Of a DNA stretch of 64,000 nt, positions 31,301-41,060 are shown one piece after another; the first letter of the stretch is position 1, and every line of letters begins with the position of its first letter. The DNA comes from Aureisphaera galaxeae (lineage in GTDB: Bacteria > Bacteroidota > Bacteroidia > Flavobacteriales > Flavobacteriaceae): contig NZ_JAQQTF010000002.1 in the NCBI RefSeq assembly GCF_028561275.1, forward strand, positions 340,812 through 404,811, given 5' to 3'. Both the position numbers and the translations under genes were made by a program. The notes under the pieces were generated by a model that was not told the origin of the DNA, searched no databases, and was given only the letters and a program-made list of their open reading frames with translations.

Positions 31301-32701
31301 ATGTTAACACTACCATTACAAGTGGAGGGCTTTGCGCCCCTCCTGGCAATTGGTTTTGCCGTTTTATTTTTCTTTATCATTATCATTGCCTTCATTAGAA
31401 GGTACAAACGATGTCCTTCGGACCGTATCCTTGTTGTGTACGGAAAAGTGGGAAGCGGGAACTCCGCAAGATGTATTCACGGAGGGGCGGCCTTCATCTG
31501 GCCGGTTATCCAAGACTATGAATTTTTAGACCTAACCCCTATTTCTATAGAGGTGAATTTGGTCAATGCCTTAAGTAAACAGAATATTCGTGTAAACGTA
31601 CCATCGCGTTTTACCATTGGTATTTCTACCGAACCTGGCGTAATGCAGAATGCTGCTGAACGACTTCTTGGTCTTGGATTGCAAGAAGTACAGGACTTGG
31701 CGATGGAAATTATCTTCGGACAACTTCGTCTGGTGGTTGCTTCTATGGACATTGAAGAAATTAACAGCGACCGTGACAAGTTCTTGAGCAATATTTCGCA
31801 CAGTGTTGAAACCGAATTGAAGAAAGTAGGGCTTAAGTTGATCAACGTAAATATTACCGATATTCATGATGAATCCGGTTATATTGAAGCACTGGGTAAG
31901 GAAGCTGCGGCGCATGCAATCAACGAAGCACGTAAGTCGGTGGCCGAAAAGAACAGGGATGGTTCTATTGGAGAGGCAAATGCGGTACAGGATGAGCGTA
32001 CGCAAGTAGCCGCTGCCAATGCGAAAGCCGTAGACGGAGAGAATATTGCAAAAATCGATGTGGCGAATTCTAACGCCAAGCGTCGTCAGAAAGAAGCTGA
32101 GGCAGAGCGTATCGCAATTGCTTCCGAGAAAGTACAGGCGGCAAAGGCATTGGAAGAGTCCTATGTGGCGGAAAAGGAAGCGGAGGTTACGCGTGCTGAA
32201 CGTGAACGTAGTACACAATTGGCAGATATTATTGTACCAGCTGAAATCGATAAAAAGAAAGTAGAGATTGAAGCCGAGGCGGAAGCCGAAAAGATTAGAA
32301 GACAGGCAAAGGGTGAGGCAGATGCTATCCTTTTCAAGGCTCAGGCCGAGGCACAGGGTATTTTTGAAATATTGACCAAGCAGGCAGAAGGATTGGATAA
32401 GATCGTACAAGCTGCTGGAAATAATTCTCAGGATGCTGCACTATTACTTATAGCCGATAAATTACCTGAATTGGTGAAACTTCAGTCTGAGGCGATCAAG
32501 AATATCAAAATCGATAAAGTAACCGTTTGGGAAAATGGAAACTCCAAGAACGGTAAAACTTCTACCTCCAATTTCATTTCTGGCATGTACGGGGCAGTAC
32601 CTCCGCTTCAGGAAATGTTCAATATGGCTGGGATGCAACTTCCCGACTATTTGAAGGGTAAAGAAATTGAGGATGCCGAGGATATTTCGGAAGAAGAATA
32701 G
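31301..32701 (+). CDS. Flotillin-family (SPFH/band-7) protein
   Basis: N-terminal TM helix. SPFH domain. Long Ala/Glu-rich coiled-coil (AEAERIAIASEKVQAAKALEESYVAEKEAEVTRAERE). 466 aa. Confidence 0.8.
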   Translation: MLTLPLQVEGFAPLLAIGFAVLFFFIIIIAFIRRYKRCPSDRILVVYGKVGSGNSARCIHGGAAFIWPVIQDYEFLDLTPISIEVNLVNALSKQNIRVNVPSRFTIGISTEPGVMQNAAERLLGLGLQEVQDLAMEIIFGQLRLVVASMDIEEINSDRDKFLSNISHSVETELKKVGLKLINVNITDIHDESGYIEALGKEAAAHAINEARKSVAEKNRDGSIGEANAVQDERTQVAAANAKAVDGENIAKIDVANSNAKRRQKEAEAERIAIASEKVQAAKALEESYVAEKEAEVTRAERERSTQLADIIVPAEIDKKKVEIEAEAEAEKIRRQAKGEADAILFKAQAEAQGIFEILTKQAEGLDKIVQAAGNNSQDAALLLIADKLPELVKLQSEAIKNIKIDKVTVWENGNSKNGKTSTSNFISGMYGAVPPLQEMFNMAGMQLPDYLKGKEIEDAEDISEEE

Positions 32702-32730
32702 TATTTTTGTCGCATAACTAATTACAAAAA

Positions 32731-32765
32731 CAGACCTGCGGGAATTTCTTGCAGGTCTTTTTCAC
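32731..32765 (+). terminator. Rho-independent terminator after the flotillin gene
   Basis: AGACCTGCgggaatttcttGCAGGTCT followed by ttttt. Confidence 0.5.
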
Positions 32766-32771
32766 AACCCT

Positions 32772-33863
32772 ATGAGTGAGATAAAGCACAACTGGACCAA
32801 GGAAGAGATATTAGAAATTTACAACAAACCCATTATGGAACTGCTTTATGAAGCAGCCACCGTTCACAGAAAATTTCACGATCCCAATACGGTTCAGGTG
32901 TCTACCTTACTCTCTATTAAGACAGGGGGCTGTCCCGAAGATTGTGGTTACTGTCCACAGGCAGCACGTTATCATACCGACATAGAAGGAAACGACCTCA
33001 TGACCGTTTCCCACGTAAAGGCCCAGGCGCTTCGTGCAAAGGCCAGCGGAAGTTCCCGTGTGTGTATGGGAGCCGCTTGGAGAAACGTGAAGGATGGGGA
33101 AGAATTCGATCAAGTATTGGAAATGGTTCGTACCATCAATAAGTTGGATATGGAGGTATGTTGTACCCTTGGGATGATTACCGAAAACCAAGCCAAGCGT
33201 TTGGCCGAAGCTGGACTGTACGCATACAATCACAATTTAGATACTTCCGAAGATTACTATACCGATGTTATTTCTACGCGAGCCTATCAGGACCGTTTAG
33301 ATACCATTGGCAACGTGCGTAAAACCAATGTTACAGTTTGTAGCGGTGGAATTATAGGAATGGGAGAAGCTACAGAAGACCGAGCAGGAATGCTCGTGGC
33401 GCTTGCTTCTTTAAGCCCGCAACCGGAAAGCGTGCCGATCAATGCTTTGGTAGCGGTAGAAGGAACGCCGATGGAAAATCAGGAGCCCGTTTCTATTTGG
33501 GAAATGATCCGTATGGTTGCTACCACTAGAATAGTGATGCCACAGACCCAAGTGCGTCTTTCTGCCGGTAGAACAGAAATGAGCCGAGAAGGACAAGCCA
33601 TGTGCTTCTTTGCAGGAGCCAATTCCATTTTTGCTGGGGATAAGTTATTGACCACTCCAAACCCCGATGTGAACGAGGATATGGAGATGTTTCAATTATT
33701 GGGATTGAACCCTCAAAAACCTTTTGTGAAAAAGGCACAGCCGGAAACCGTGGAAGCAAAAGATTCGGAATTCGAATCCATGGGCGAAAAGCCAAAATGG
33801 ACCCGACCTGGGCATACGATAGAGCGTAATGAAGCTGCAAAGACGAAGGCTTCCGCAAAATAA
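32772..33863 (+). CDS. bioB: Biotin synthase (radical SAM), with a C-terminal extension of about 40 aa
   Basis: CPEDCGYCPQ radical-SAM cluster motif. 363 aa. The acidic/basic tail (KAQPETVEAKDSEFESMGEKPKWTRPGH...) extends beyond a typical BioB. Confidence 0.9.
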   Translation: MSEIKHNWTKEEILEIYNKPIMELLYEAATVHRKFHDPNTVQVSTLLSIKTGGCPEDCGYCPQAARYHTDIEGNDLMTVSHVKAQALRAKASGSSRVCMGAAWRNVKDGEEFDQVLEMVRTINKLDMEVCCTLGMITENQAKRLAEAGLYAYNHNLDTSEDYYTDVISTRAYQDRLDTIGNVRKTNVTVCSGGIIGMGEATEDRAGMLVALASLSPQPESVPINALVAVEGTPMENQEPVSIWEMIRMVATTRIVMPQTQVRLSAGRTEMSREGQAMCFFAGANSIFAGDKLLTTPNPDVNEDMEMFQLLGLNPQKPFVKKAQPETVEAKDSEFESMGEKPKWTRPGHTIERNEAAKTKASAK

Positions 33864-33970
33864 AATCACCTTCAGATTTCCGCAAGGAACACAAACGCGT
33901 ACAATTTTTAAGATAATTTTTACGTTCTAGGTACCTGCCAAACATTACCTAATCTTAAAAACCTGTACTT

Positions 33971-34612
33971 ATGAAAAAACTGCTCTGGTTAGCAGTGGCT
34001 TGTGCGTTTTTGTTTGGCTGCTCTAACGATGATGACTCTAATTCTACCAACAATAATTGTTCTAAAGCAGAAAACCTTTCTATTGATCAGGTAAACAGTA
34101 CCTCCGCTTTCTTTAGTTGGGATACGGGAGGGGAATCGGCTTTTGAGTTCGAATATGGACCTAATGGCTTCACATTGGGTTCGGGACAAAAGGTCCAAAC
34201 CTCACAAACGGAATTCCTTATTGAGAATTTAGAACCTTCTACTACCTATGAAGTCTTCTTGCGATCCAATTGCGGAAGTGACGGATTTAGCGATTATGTT
34301 TCTGCACTTTTTCAGACCTTGGAAACCGTAGAATTATGTAACAGGCCCACCAATTTGGCGTTGGTAACCGTAAGCGATACCACCATAGAGCTTACGTGGG
34401 ATGAAAACAACGAAACAGCCTGGCAGGTGGAATTTGGCAACATTGGGTATATCCCGGGAAGTGGAACCCCACAGGCTACCACCGTTCCCAATTATGAAAT
34501 TACGGGACTTCTGCCCGGAATGACCTATGAAATCTATGTACGTGCCGATTGCGGTACCAATGGATTTAGCGAATACAGCCAGCAACTGGTTGTAACAACA
34601 GATGGCAATTAA
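33971..34612 (+). CDS. Lipoprotein with two FN3-like repeat modules
   Basis: Lipoprotein signal (FLFGCSNDDD). Two modules of about 90 aa, each with ...(F/V)E(F/Y)GPxGFxxGSG... and ending ...(R/A)xCGxxGFS(D/E)Y. Confidence 0.5.
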   Translation: MKKLLWLAVACAFLFGCSNDDDSNSTNNNCSKAENLSIDQVNSTSAFFSWDTGGESAFEFEYGPNGFTLGSGQKVQTSQTEFLIENLEPSTTYEVFLRSNCGSDGFSDYVSALFQTLETVELCNRPTNLALVTVSDTTIELTWDENNETAWQVEFGNIGYIPGSGTPQATTVPNYEITGLLPGMTYEIYVRADCGTNGFSEYSQQLVVTTDGN

Positions 34613-34637
34613 TTAGCTATCGATTTTGCCATGTGCC

Positions 34638-34682
34638 TGAGCGCAGTGGATTCGCTATGGTCTGCTGCGCTTTTTTTTGCAT
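34638..34682 (+). terminator. Rho-independent terminator after the first FN3-like lipoprotein gene
   Basis: GCGCAGtggattcgctatggtCTGCTGCGC followed by tttttttt. Confidence 0.45.
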
Positions 34683-34782
34683 TGAATATTTGAAAAGATT
34701 AAAGAAAATAGACTAACAAGAAAGAATCTGTGTTTGGCAGATTCTTTTTTTGATTACTTTCGCTCGATCAAATTGGCAAACT

Positions 34783-35673
34783 ATGAAAAACGGTATTTTT
34801 TCCCTTCTATTCTTAACGCTATTGGCAGCCTGTTCCTCGGACGATGCTGGTAACAGTAATTCACAATGTGACATTCCAGTTATCACAATATCCAACGAAG
34901 GACTTTCTTCTGTAACCGTATCTTGGACACAAGCCGATGCTTCTTCGGTAACCCTTGAGTATGGAGAGGCTGGATTTACCCAAGGATCGGGGATAGAGAT
35001 AACCGCGTCTCAATCCGTTGATATCAATAATCTCATGTCAAGTACAGATTATGAGATCTATGCTAAGGCGAATTGCGGCAATGGAGGAGAAAGTAGTTTT
35101 TCCACACCCATAAGCTTTTCTACGCTACAATGCATTCCAGCTACCGGGGCAGATGCGTTTTCCATTACTGATGTTACAGCGGCAATAAACTATAATGTAG
35201 GTTTTGCTGAGAGCTACCAAGTTGAATACGGCCCTACAGGTTTCACAATTGGTAGTGGCACTTTAATGGATATTCAGCTTGGACAATTTCAACTTACAGG
35301 TCTTACGCCCAATACAACATACGATGTTTACTTAGTGTCACTTTGCGGAGGTTCTTCATTACCTATTTACACACAACCCATACAATTTACTACAGACACT
35401 TCTTGTAGAACGCCAGAATTTTTTGGTATATGGTATGTAGCCGATACGGCAGTCGGACTTTCTTGGTCTGCCCTAGAAACGGCTTTTGAAGTAGAATATG
35501 GATTGGTTGGGTTCGAATTGGGAACAGGTACCGTAGTGCCAACCTCTATTTCGGATGTTGAGATCACGGGATTGTCTTCTGGTACCACATACGAGTTTTA
35601 CTTGAGAGCGAATTGCGGTTCTGAAGGGTTTAGCAATAACGTTGGCCCGTTGGTGATCACCACCGAAAATTAG
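34783..35673 (+). CDS. Lipoprotein with three to four FN3-like repeat modules (paralog of 33971-34612)
   Basis: Start taken at MKNGIFSLLFLTLLAACSSDD. Repeated (L/V)EYG(E/P/L)xGF(T/E)xG(S/T)G modules, each ending in CG(N/G/S)xG(F/E)S. Confidence 0.5.
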   Translation: MKNGIFSLLFLTLLAACSSDDAGNSNSQCDIPVITISNEGLSSVTVSWTQADASSVTLEYGEAGFTQGSGIEITASQSVDINNLMSSTDYEIYAKANCGNGGESSFSTPISFSTLQCIPATGADAFSITDVTAAINYNVGFAESYQVEYGPTGFTIGSGTLMDIQLGQFQLTGLTPNTTYDVYLVSLCGGSSLPIYTQPIQFTTDTSCRTPEFFGIWYVADTAVGLSWSALETAFEVEYGLVGFELGTGTVVPTSISDVEITGLSSGTTYEFYLRANCGSEGFSNNVGPLVITTEN

Positions 35674-35772
35674 ACCGCAAAAAAAGCCCATTTTCCTTTC
35701 GTTAGATTTTTGTGCTGATTGGTATTGGTGGGATTATTGCAAAGTTTTGTAATTTGCCCTACTTTTTCATTT

Positions 35773-36633
35773 ATGCAGTTACGAGAAATAGATAGGGTGT
35801 CTTCCATTACCAAGGAAGAATTCATTAAAAATTACTTTAGACCTCAAAAGCCTGTCATCATAGAAAACTATGTGAATGACTGGCCGGCCATTCAGAAATG
35901 GAACCTGGATTATATGGCTGAGATAGGTGGGGATAAAGTGGTGCCCCTATACGATGATCGGCCTGTACGTCACGATGAAGGGTTTAACCAAGCGCATGCT
36001 GAAATGAAGATGAGCCAGTATGTAGAACTCCTCAAAAAAGAACCTACACGTTATCGTATCTTCCTTTGGAATATCCTGAAAGAGATTCCTGAGCTACAAA
36101 ACGATTTCTCCTACCCCGATTTCGGATTGAAACTCATGAAAGGCCTCCCCATGCTATTTTTTGGTGGAGAAGACAGTTACACCTTCATGCATTACGACAT
36201 CGATTTGGCCAATATTTTCCATTTCCACTTCCATGGAAAGAAACAAGTCATCCTATTCGATCAGAAACAGAACAATTATTTATATAAAATCCCACATTCT
36301 CTTATCGTTCGGGAGGATATCGATTTCAAAAATCCGGATTACAACAAATGGCCAGCTTTAAAAAAGGCCAAAGGATTTGTGGGGAATTTAGAGCACGGAC
36401 ACGTCCTGTATATGCCCGAAGGCTATTGGCATTATATGCGCTATGTTACGCCTGGTTTTTCTATGAGTTTACGTGCCATTGCCCGAAATCCCAAAAACTT
36501 AGGAAAAGCCATCTATAATATTTTCTGGATGCGCCATTTCGACAATATGATGCGCCGTTGGAAAGGACAGGCTTGGATCGATGCGAAGAATGAAAAAGCG
36601 GTTACACGCACGCATGCTAAGCTAGGACTTTAA
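35773..36633 (+). CDS. JmjC/cupin-like domain protein (putative 2-oxoglutarate/Fe(II) oxygenase)
   Basis: Start at MQLREI (35773). JmjC-like N-terminal motif region (WPAIQKWNLDYM). Facial-triad-like HYD...H context (FMHYDIDLANIFHFHFHGKK). 287 aa. Confidence 0.55.
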   Translation: MQLREIDRVSSITKEEFIKNYFRPQKPVIIENYVNDWPAIQKWNLDYMAEIGGDKVVPLYDDRPVRHDEGFNQAHAEMKMSQYVELLKKEPTRYRIFLWNILKEIPELQNDFSYPDFGLKLMKGLPMLFFGGEDSYTFMHYDIDLANIFHFHFHGKKQVILFDQKQNNYLYKIPHSLIVREDIDFKNPDYNKWPALKKAKGFVGNLEHGHVLYMPEGYWHYMRYVTPGFSMSLRAIARNPKNLGKAIYNIFWMRHFDNMMRRWKGQAWIDAKNEKAVTRTHAKLGL

Positions 36634-37517
36634 GGAGCCACCCTTTCTACCAAATATTTAGCTACGCTATCTTCATTGTTGTTGCCAATAATCACATCCG
36701 CTTTTTGCTTCACGGTTTCTTGAGCGTTGCTCATGGCCACTGCTGTATGGGCCAGCTCGAACATGGGAAGGTCGTTCATGCCATCCCCAAATACGGTTAG
36801 ATGCTTTTCAGAAAGGTTGTAGTGTTCTAATATGTGGGCTATCGCGTTGGATTTTGTGGCTCGAGCACTGTGAACCGTAAGCCAGAACCAACCTCTTGAA
36901 TACATATTTTCGAATAAATGCAACTCCGTTTCCGATCCGTGATGTTCTTGTAGGTAATCGTGAAGATCCTTTAGCTTTTCTTTTCTGTTTACAAAGGTGA
37001 AGCAAGTAATTTTATGGGAGTCCAAACTACTTAGGCGATCAATCCCTTCGATTTGTTGTCGCGGACTGCCCTTACGATCCTGCACGTACCATTGTTCTCC
37101 CTCATTTTGAAGATAGATATGCGATATGGCGTCTTTTCCATTTTTATGGGTGGAGAGAAACACGCCTGTTTCATTCTTGTCGATGTATTGAAAAAGATCC
37201 TGTTTTACCGTCCCATTAATATCATTGATCTGTAAGTGCCTTTTTGTTTTTATATCCGAAATATAGGCCCCATTTAAACTTATTACAGGCAAACTTATTT
37301 CCAACCCCCGCATCATGGTTTGTATAGTATCCAGATTCCTTGCACTGGCAATTCCGAAGCGAAGGCCCTTTTGCAACAGTTCTGTAATAAGGGCATAACT
37401 GGTATCCGACAACCGTGCTTCTTGGTTGAGCAGGGTGCCGTCTAAATCGGAAAAGAATATACCATTAGAAATTGTTGCCATGCTAGATGTATTGTAGTTT
37501 GGAGATTCCCTGCTCAT
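36630..37517 (-). CDS. Cof-type HAD-IIB family hydrolase (sugar-phosphate phosphatase-like)
   Basis: Motif I FFSDLDGTLL. Motif III/IV region (FGDGMNDLPMF). 295 aa. Stop overlaps the JmjC gene stop convergently. Confidence 0.8.
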   Translation of the reverse strand: MSRESPNYNTSSMATISNGIFFSDLDGTLLNQEARLSDTSYALITELLQKGLRFGIASARNLDTIQTMMRGLEISLPVISLNGAYISDIKTKRHLQINDINGTVKQDLFQYIDKNETGVFLSTHKNGKDAISHIYLQNEGEQWYVQDRKGSPRQQIEGIDRLSSLDSHKITCFTFVNRKEKLKDLHDYLQEHHGSETELHLFENMYSRGWFWLTVHSARATKSNAIAHILEHYNLSEKHLTVFGDGMNDLPMFELAHTAVAMSNAQETVKQKADVIIGNNNEDSVAKYLVERVAP

Positions 37518-38172
37518 TCGATTTTAAGGGGAGGGCAGGTCTCAATTCTATTTCCCCAAAGATGATTTCCGGATTCGAATGTACCAAATCGAATAGGAAA
37601 CGGGCAATGCTTTCGGGTTGCATCTTTTTGTCTTCATTCCCTTTGGGACGATTATTAATGGCTCCTGCATTAATAAAAGTGGTCCGCATACCATATTCCC
37701 TAGTTTCCTGTATGAAAACCTCCACAAGGGCTTTTAAAGCAGCTTTCGTGCTGCAATACGCAGCGCCCCCTTCAAAATAATGGGATCCCGCATGACTTCC
37801 CATGACGATGGTGTAGGTATTGGAGACTTTGAAAAGAGGCAGTAAATACTTCAGCATATAAAAAATGGAGGAGTAGTTGGTACTTACCGAATCTTCCCAG
37901 TCGGTTTCCGATAATTCTTCAATATAAGAAAGCCGTCTAATGGCGGCATTGAGAACACAGACATCGATTCTGTTATGGTTGTGAGAAATAAGTTTGCAAG
38001 CGGCAATGACATCTTCGCGCTTGCTTAGGTCGCATTCAATTTCGCCCAACCAAGGTTCCTCTTTCAATGTTTTATTTAAAGAAACGATACGAAAGCCTTT
38101 ATTATGAAAATATTGGGCGATACCGTATCCCGTTCCTCGATTGGAACCCGTTATGAGCATTGTTTTTTCCAT
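37483..38172 (-). CDS. SDR-family short-chain dehydrogenase/reductase
   Basis: Start at MEKTML (38172), overlapping the stop of the upstream gene (TAATG). Rossmann TGSNRGTG. Catalytic YCSTK (YxxxK). Confidence 0.8.
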   Translation of the reverse strand: MEKTMLITGSNRGTGYGIAQYFHNKGFRIVSLNKTLKEEPWLGEIECDLSKREDVIAACKLISHNHNRIDVCVLNAAIRRLSYIEELSETDWEDSVSTNYSSIFYMLKYLLPLFKVSNTYTIVMGSHAGSHYFEGGAAYCSTKAALKALVEVFIQETREYGMRTTFINAGAINNRPKGNEDKKMQPESIARFLFDLVHSNPEIIFGEIELRPALPLKSNEQGISKLQYI

Positions 38173-38894
38173 TATGAATGTGCTTTCATGTGTTGAATGA
38201 GTTGTGTCCAAATGGCAATGATTTCCTCATGGCTTTTCCCTTGTCGGAATAAATCCTTGTCCAACGATTCCCCGGTCTGTGATTTCAACCTCATACAGTC
38301 TGGAGAAATTTCGGAAGTGATGCAAATATCCCCTTCGGCATTCTTTCCGAAGATGAGACAGAAATCCACCAATACGGATGGACTTAACCATCCTAATAGT
38401 ATTTCGTTCGTTTGTAGAGCAATTCTTTTCAAAGCATCGGGATCTTCACCGTAGGCCCTAAGGTAATCTTCTGCGATGGGTTGATCTTCTGGATCGATAC
38501 GGTAATCGAACTTTACGATGGGCGGATTAAAAGGTGCATTTTCGGGGAACAAACCCGGATATTTTCTAAGAGTAGAACCCACGGCAAAATTCTTTACAAT
38601 AACTTCAAAGGGCGGATTGGAGCATTTTCTTGTAAGGTAGGTAACCTCGTCGACCCGTTCTACAAACGCTGTTTTAATACCTTGATTGTTGAGCCGCTGC
38701 ACAGCCATTTCGTAAAAGTCCAATCGGAGGGCATCCGTTTTCTCCACCATCTCATATCGGTTGTAGGTAAAGCTGGATAATGAAGGGATCAACCTAGCGA
38801 TATAGTGATTGTCATCGTAATGAAAAAGATGCTTGCTTTTGCCTTTTACGATAGGTTCTTTGGCGAGTATTTCGGTAATGTCTATTGTTTTCAT
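38172..38894 (-). CDS. SAICAR-synthetase (PurC)-like ligase, short form; probably not the housekeeping purC
   Basis: Alignable to E. coli PurC over its length: VKGKSKHLF vs YRGKAKTVY, EVIVKNFAVGS vs ECVVRNRAAGS, VLVDFCLIFGK vs ILVDFKLEFGL, DKDLFRQ vs DKDRFRQ. 240 aa. Confidence 0.7.
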   Translation of the reverse strand: MKTIDITEILAKEPIVKGKSKHLFHYDDNHYIARLIPSLSSFTYNRYEMVEKTDALRLDFYEMAVQRLNNQGIKTAFVERVDEVTYLTRKCSNPPFEVIVKNFAVGSTLRKYPGLFPENAPFNPPIVKFDYRIDPEDQPIAEDYLRAYGEDPDALKRIALQTNEILLGWLSPSVLVDFCLIFGKNAEGDICITSEISPDCMRLKSQTGESLDKDLFRQGKSHEEIIAIWTQLIQHMKAHS

Positions 38895-39502
38895 TGAATC
38901 AGGTTGTATTTGGATAGTTTTCCTTGTCGTACTTCCGAAACGAAAGTTTGGAGGTCTTCCCTTTCGTTATTCAGCCATATTCCATGTTCCACAGGAGCCA
39001 ATCGCACTAGCTCCTTGAAATTGTAGAGGGCAATGGTATTTCCGGTTTTAATGACATCCACAATGGCATCGCAGCTATCATTAAGAAGCCAAGATTCTAG
39101 GCAGCCCGAGAGTTCCATAATTTCGGGATGTAAGTTCAGCTTGTTGAGCTTTCCCACGGTAACTCTAGGGTAGCGGGTCCCTACAATACGAACATCCTGT
39201 AGCGTGCTGTCGGCTTTTCCTATAAGCGATAGGCGGCAGTCACTTATGGGTAATGCCCCCATGTACTGCATTTTATGGATGATGTTTTCGGCGAACAGTA
39301 ATTGACTGCCAATTGCTATGTCTATGAAATTGTTTTTGGCGGCATAAGCAAGGTCGGCACCACGAACGATAACCACCTCCATCGTATCGTCTTTATAATG
39401 AAGTCGGTCCTCTTCCATGATGGCCTTGTACACTTCTGGATTTCCCAAAAGCGCAATGCACTTATCCAGTCCCCGTCCTTTTGCTATCCCGATTCTTTTC
39501 AT
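38891..39502 (-). CDS. HisG-like phosphoribosyltransferase (short form, no C-terminal regulatory domain)
   Basis: [10 protein letters not shown] vs HisG [34 protein letters not shown] vs [37 protein letters not shown] vs DAICDLVSTGATL. 203 aa. Overlaps the neighbours with ATGA-type junctions. Confidence 0.7.
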   Translation of the reverse strand: [203 protein letters not shown]

Positions 39503-39518
39503 GGCGTTTGGTTTCTCG

Positions 39519-40940
39519 TTACAAATTCCAATAGTCCCGCCCTTCCAAAGTGTTGGGAGGAATGAATTGAAATATTATTTTTTCTGAATTTTGATGCATC
39601 CAGGAGGTGATGGAATCTGGCAATTCTTCATCGATTTTCTTCTGAATGCGTTTTTTCACTGCTTCCGTTTTTGAAGGATCCGTCTCTGGGTCGAAAGCAA
39701 GTTCGAACCGAAGGATCAAGTTGCCTTTATCCAGCTTCATTTTGAACAAAGGCCAGTTGTTTTTGTTGTTATCCTCAAAAATCCGGAAGTGCGTATCCGC
39801 TCGGTTTATGGCTTCAATTTCATCAATGGCTTTGGCCATTTCGGCCTCACCCAAATAGGTGGAATCTTCAATTTTTAAGCAGCGTTTTAGACGTCCCCTG
39901 AACCGATATGCCAAGCTACCCTTAGGGCAATTTGTTTTTACTACATCGACCAAATCCCCAGTTCGGTAGCGAAGTAAAACGAATCGTTGTGTGAATGGAA
40001 AAAGCGGTGTGAGCAGTAATTCCCCTGTGCCTTCAGAAAGTGTTTCTCCTGTGTTTAGATCGATCAATTCGGGAACGACGAAAGGGTCGAAATGATAGCC
40101 ATCGCAATCATGACAATAGCGCGCTCCCCCGAACATTTCGGACATGGAATAATTATCATTGATGGAAATTCCGAAAAAGGATTCCATTTTTTTCCGTCGA
40201 CTTTTCGGGATGGGCCATCCAAAGACTGTAATGTTGTTCAGTTGCCCTTTTGGGATTTCAATATTGTTTTCAACTAAATACTGATGCAGATAACAAAGCC
40301 CCATAACAGTGGTTTGTAAATGACTTACCTTACTTTCATATCCCTTGAAGTGAAATTCGTTTTGTAATAGCCAAGCGGTACGGATGATGCCGTAGTCCTT
40401 GGTGAGCTCAATCATAAAGCTATATCCCACTCCGGGCAATCGAAGTACAGAACCATGGTTCATGGAGCCTTCGGCGATGCCTAAAGGTTTTGGGTCGATT
40501 TCATGTGCCTTGCTTTGTAAAAGATTAAAGAAATTCTGCAGGTATAACTGTTCTTCTTGTGAACGTTCAATAAGCAAAGGTGGTTGATTTGTAGTACCTG
40601 TGGTGAAGGATACGAAACCGAAGGTGGTAATGGCCGATAAGATTTCTTTTTGATGTTCGTATAAATCCGATTTACGAATGGGAGTGATTTCAGAAAGACG
40701 TTCCAACGACCAACAAATGCCTTCTGTTGGGATGTTCTTATAATAGGGCGCATGCATTTGTGCCATTCGTACCGTAAGGTCGAGCAATTTGTCTCTAAGG
40801 GGAGCAAAGGCTTGCTCATATTTTAAAGGCTCGGCGATGATATGCGAAAACAGCGGCGCAAGAACATGGGACCCTACATCTTCGGGTGCCAGTTTATCTG
40901 GTAGTTGTTGTATATGTTCTAAAAATATATCGGGGTTCAT
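39519..40940 (-). CDS. Adenylate-forming enzyme of the PaaK / coenzyme F390 synthetase / CapK family
   Basis: FTTGTTNQP corresponds to the PaaK AMP-binding motif SSGTTGKP. About 474 aa if started at MNPDIF (40940). The ORF-track start at 40976 is also possible. Confidence 0.65.
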   Translation of the reverse strand: MNPDIFLEHIQQLPDKLAPEDVGSHVLAPLFSHIIAEPLKYEQAFAPLRDKLLDLTVRMAQMHAPYYKNIPTEGICWSLERLSEITPIRKSDLYEHQKEILSAITTFGFVSFTTGTTNQPPLLIERSQEEQLYLQNFFNLLQSKAHEIDPKPLGIAEGSMNHGSVLRLPGVGYSFMIELTKDYGIIRTAWLLQNEFHFKGYESKVSHLQTTVMGLCYLHQYLVENNIEIPKGQLNNITVFGWPIPKSRRKKMESFFGISINDNYSMSEMFGGARYCHDCDGYHFDPFVVPELIDLNTGETLSEGTGELLLTPLFPFTQRFVLLRYRTGDLVDVVKTNCPKGSLAYRFRGRLKRCLKIEDSTYLGEAEMAKAIDEIEAINRADTHFRIFEDNNKNNWPLFKMKLDKGNLILRFELAFDPETDPSKTEAVKKRIQKKIDEELPDSITSWMHQNSEKIIFQFIPPNTLEGRDYWNL

Positions 40941-41060
40941 GATTGGCAAAACTATCCCAGTACACACAAGGCGCATAGGAGGTTATACATTCTGAACAAA
41001 AGAAAAAGGGCAAGAAAATGGAGTTAGCACTGCCTTGCCCCTAGATGCTAAGCAGGTTTG

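Noticed and set aside
31571-32410. 279-aa minus-strand ORF antisense to the flotillin gene
   Set aside because: It sits inside the Ala/Glu coiled-coil coding region of the flotillin gene. Reverse-complement translation of GCN/GAR-rich sequence stays open by chance, and there are no domains.
33750-33863. BioB C-terminal 40-aa extension as a possible separate fused domain
   Set aside because: Low-complexity charged tail without motifs. It is likely a lineage-specific tail and is noted in the feature rather than called a separate element.
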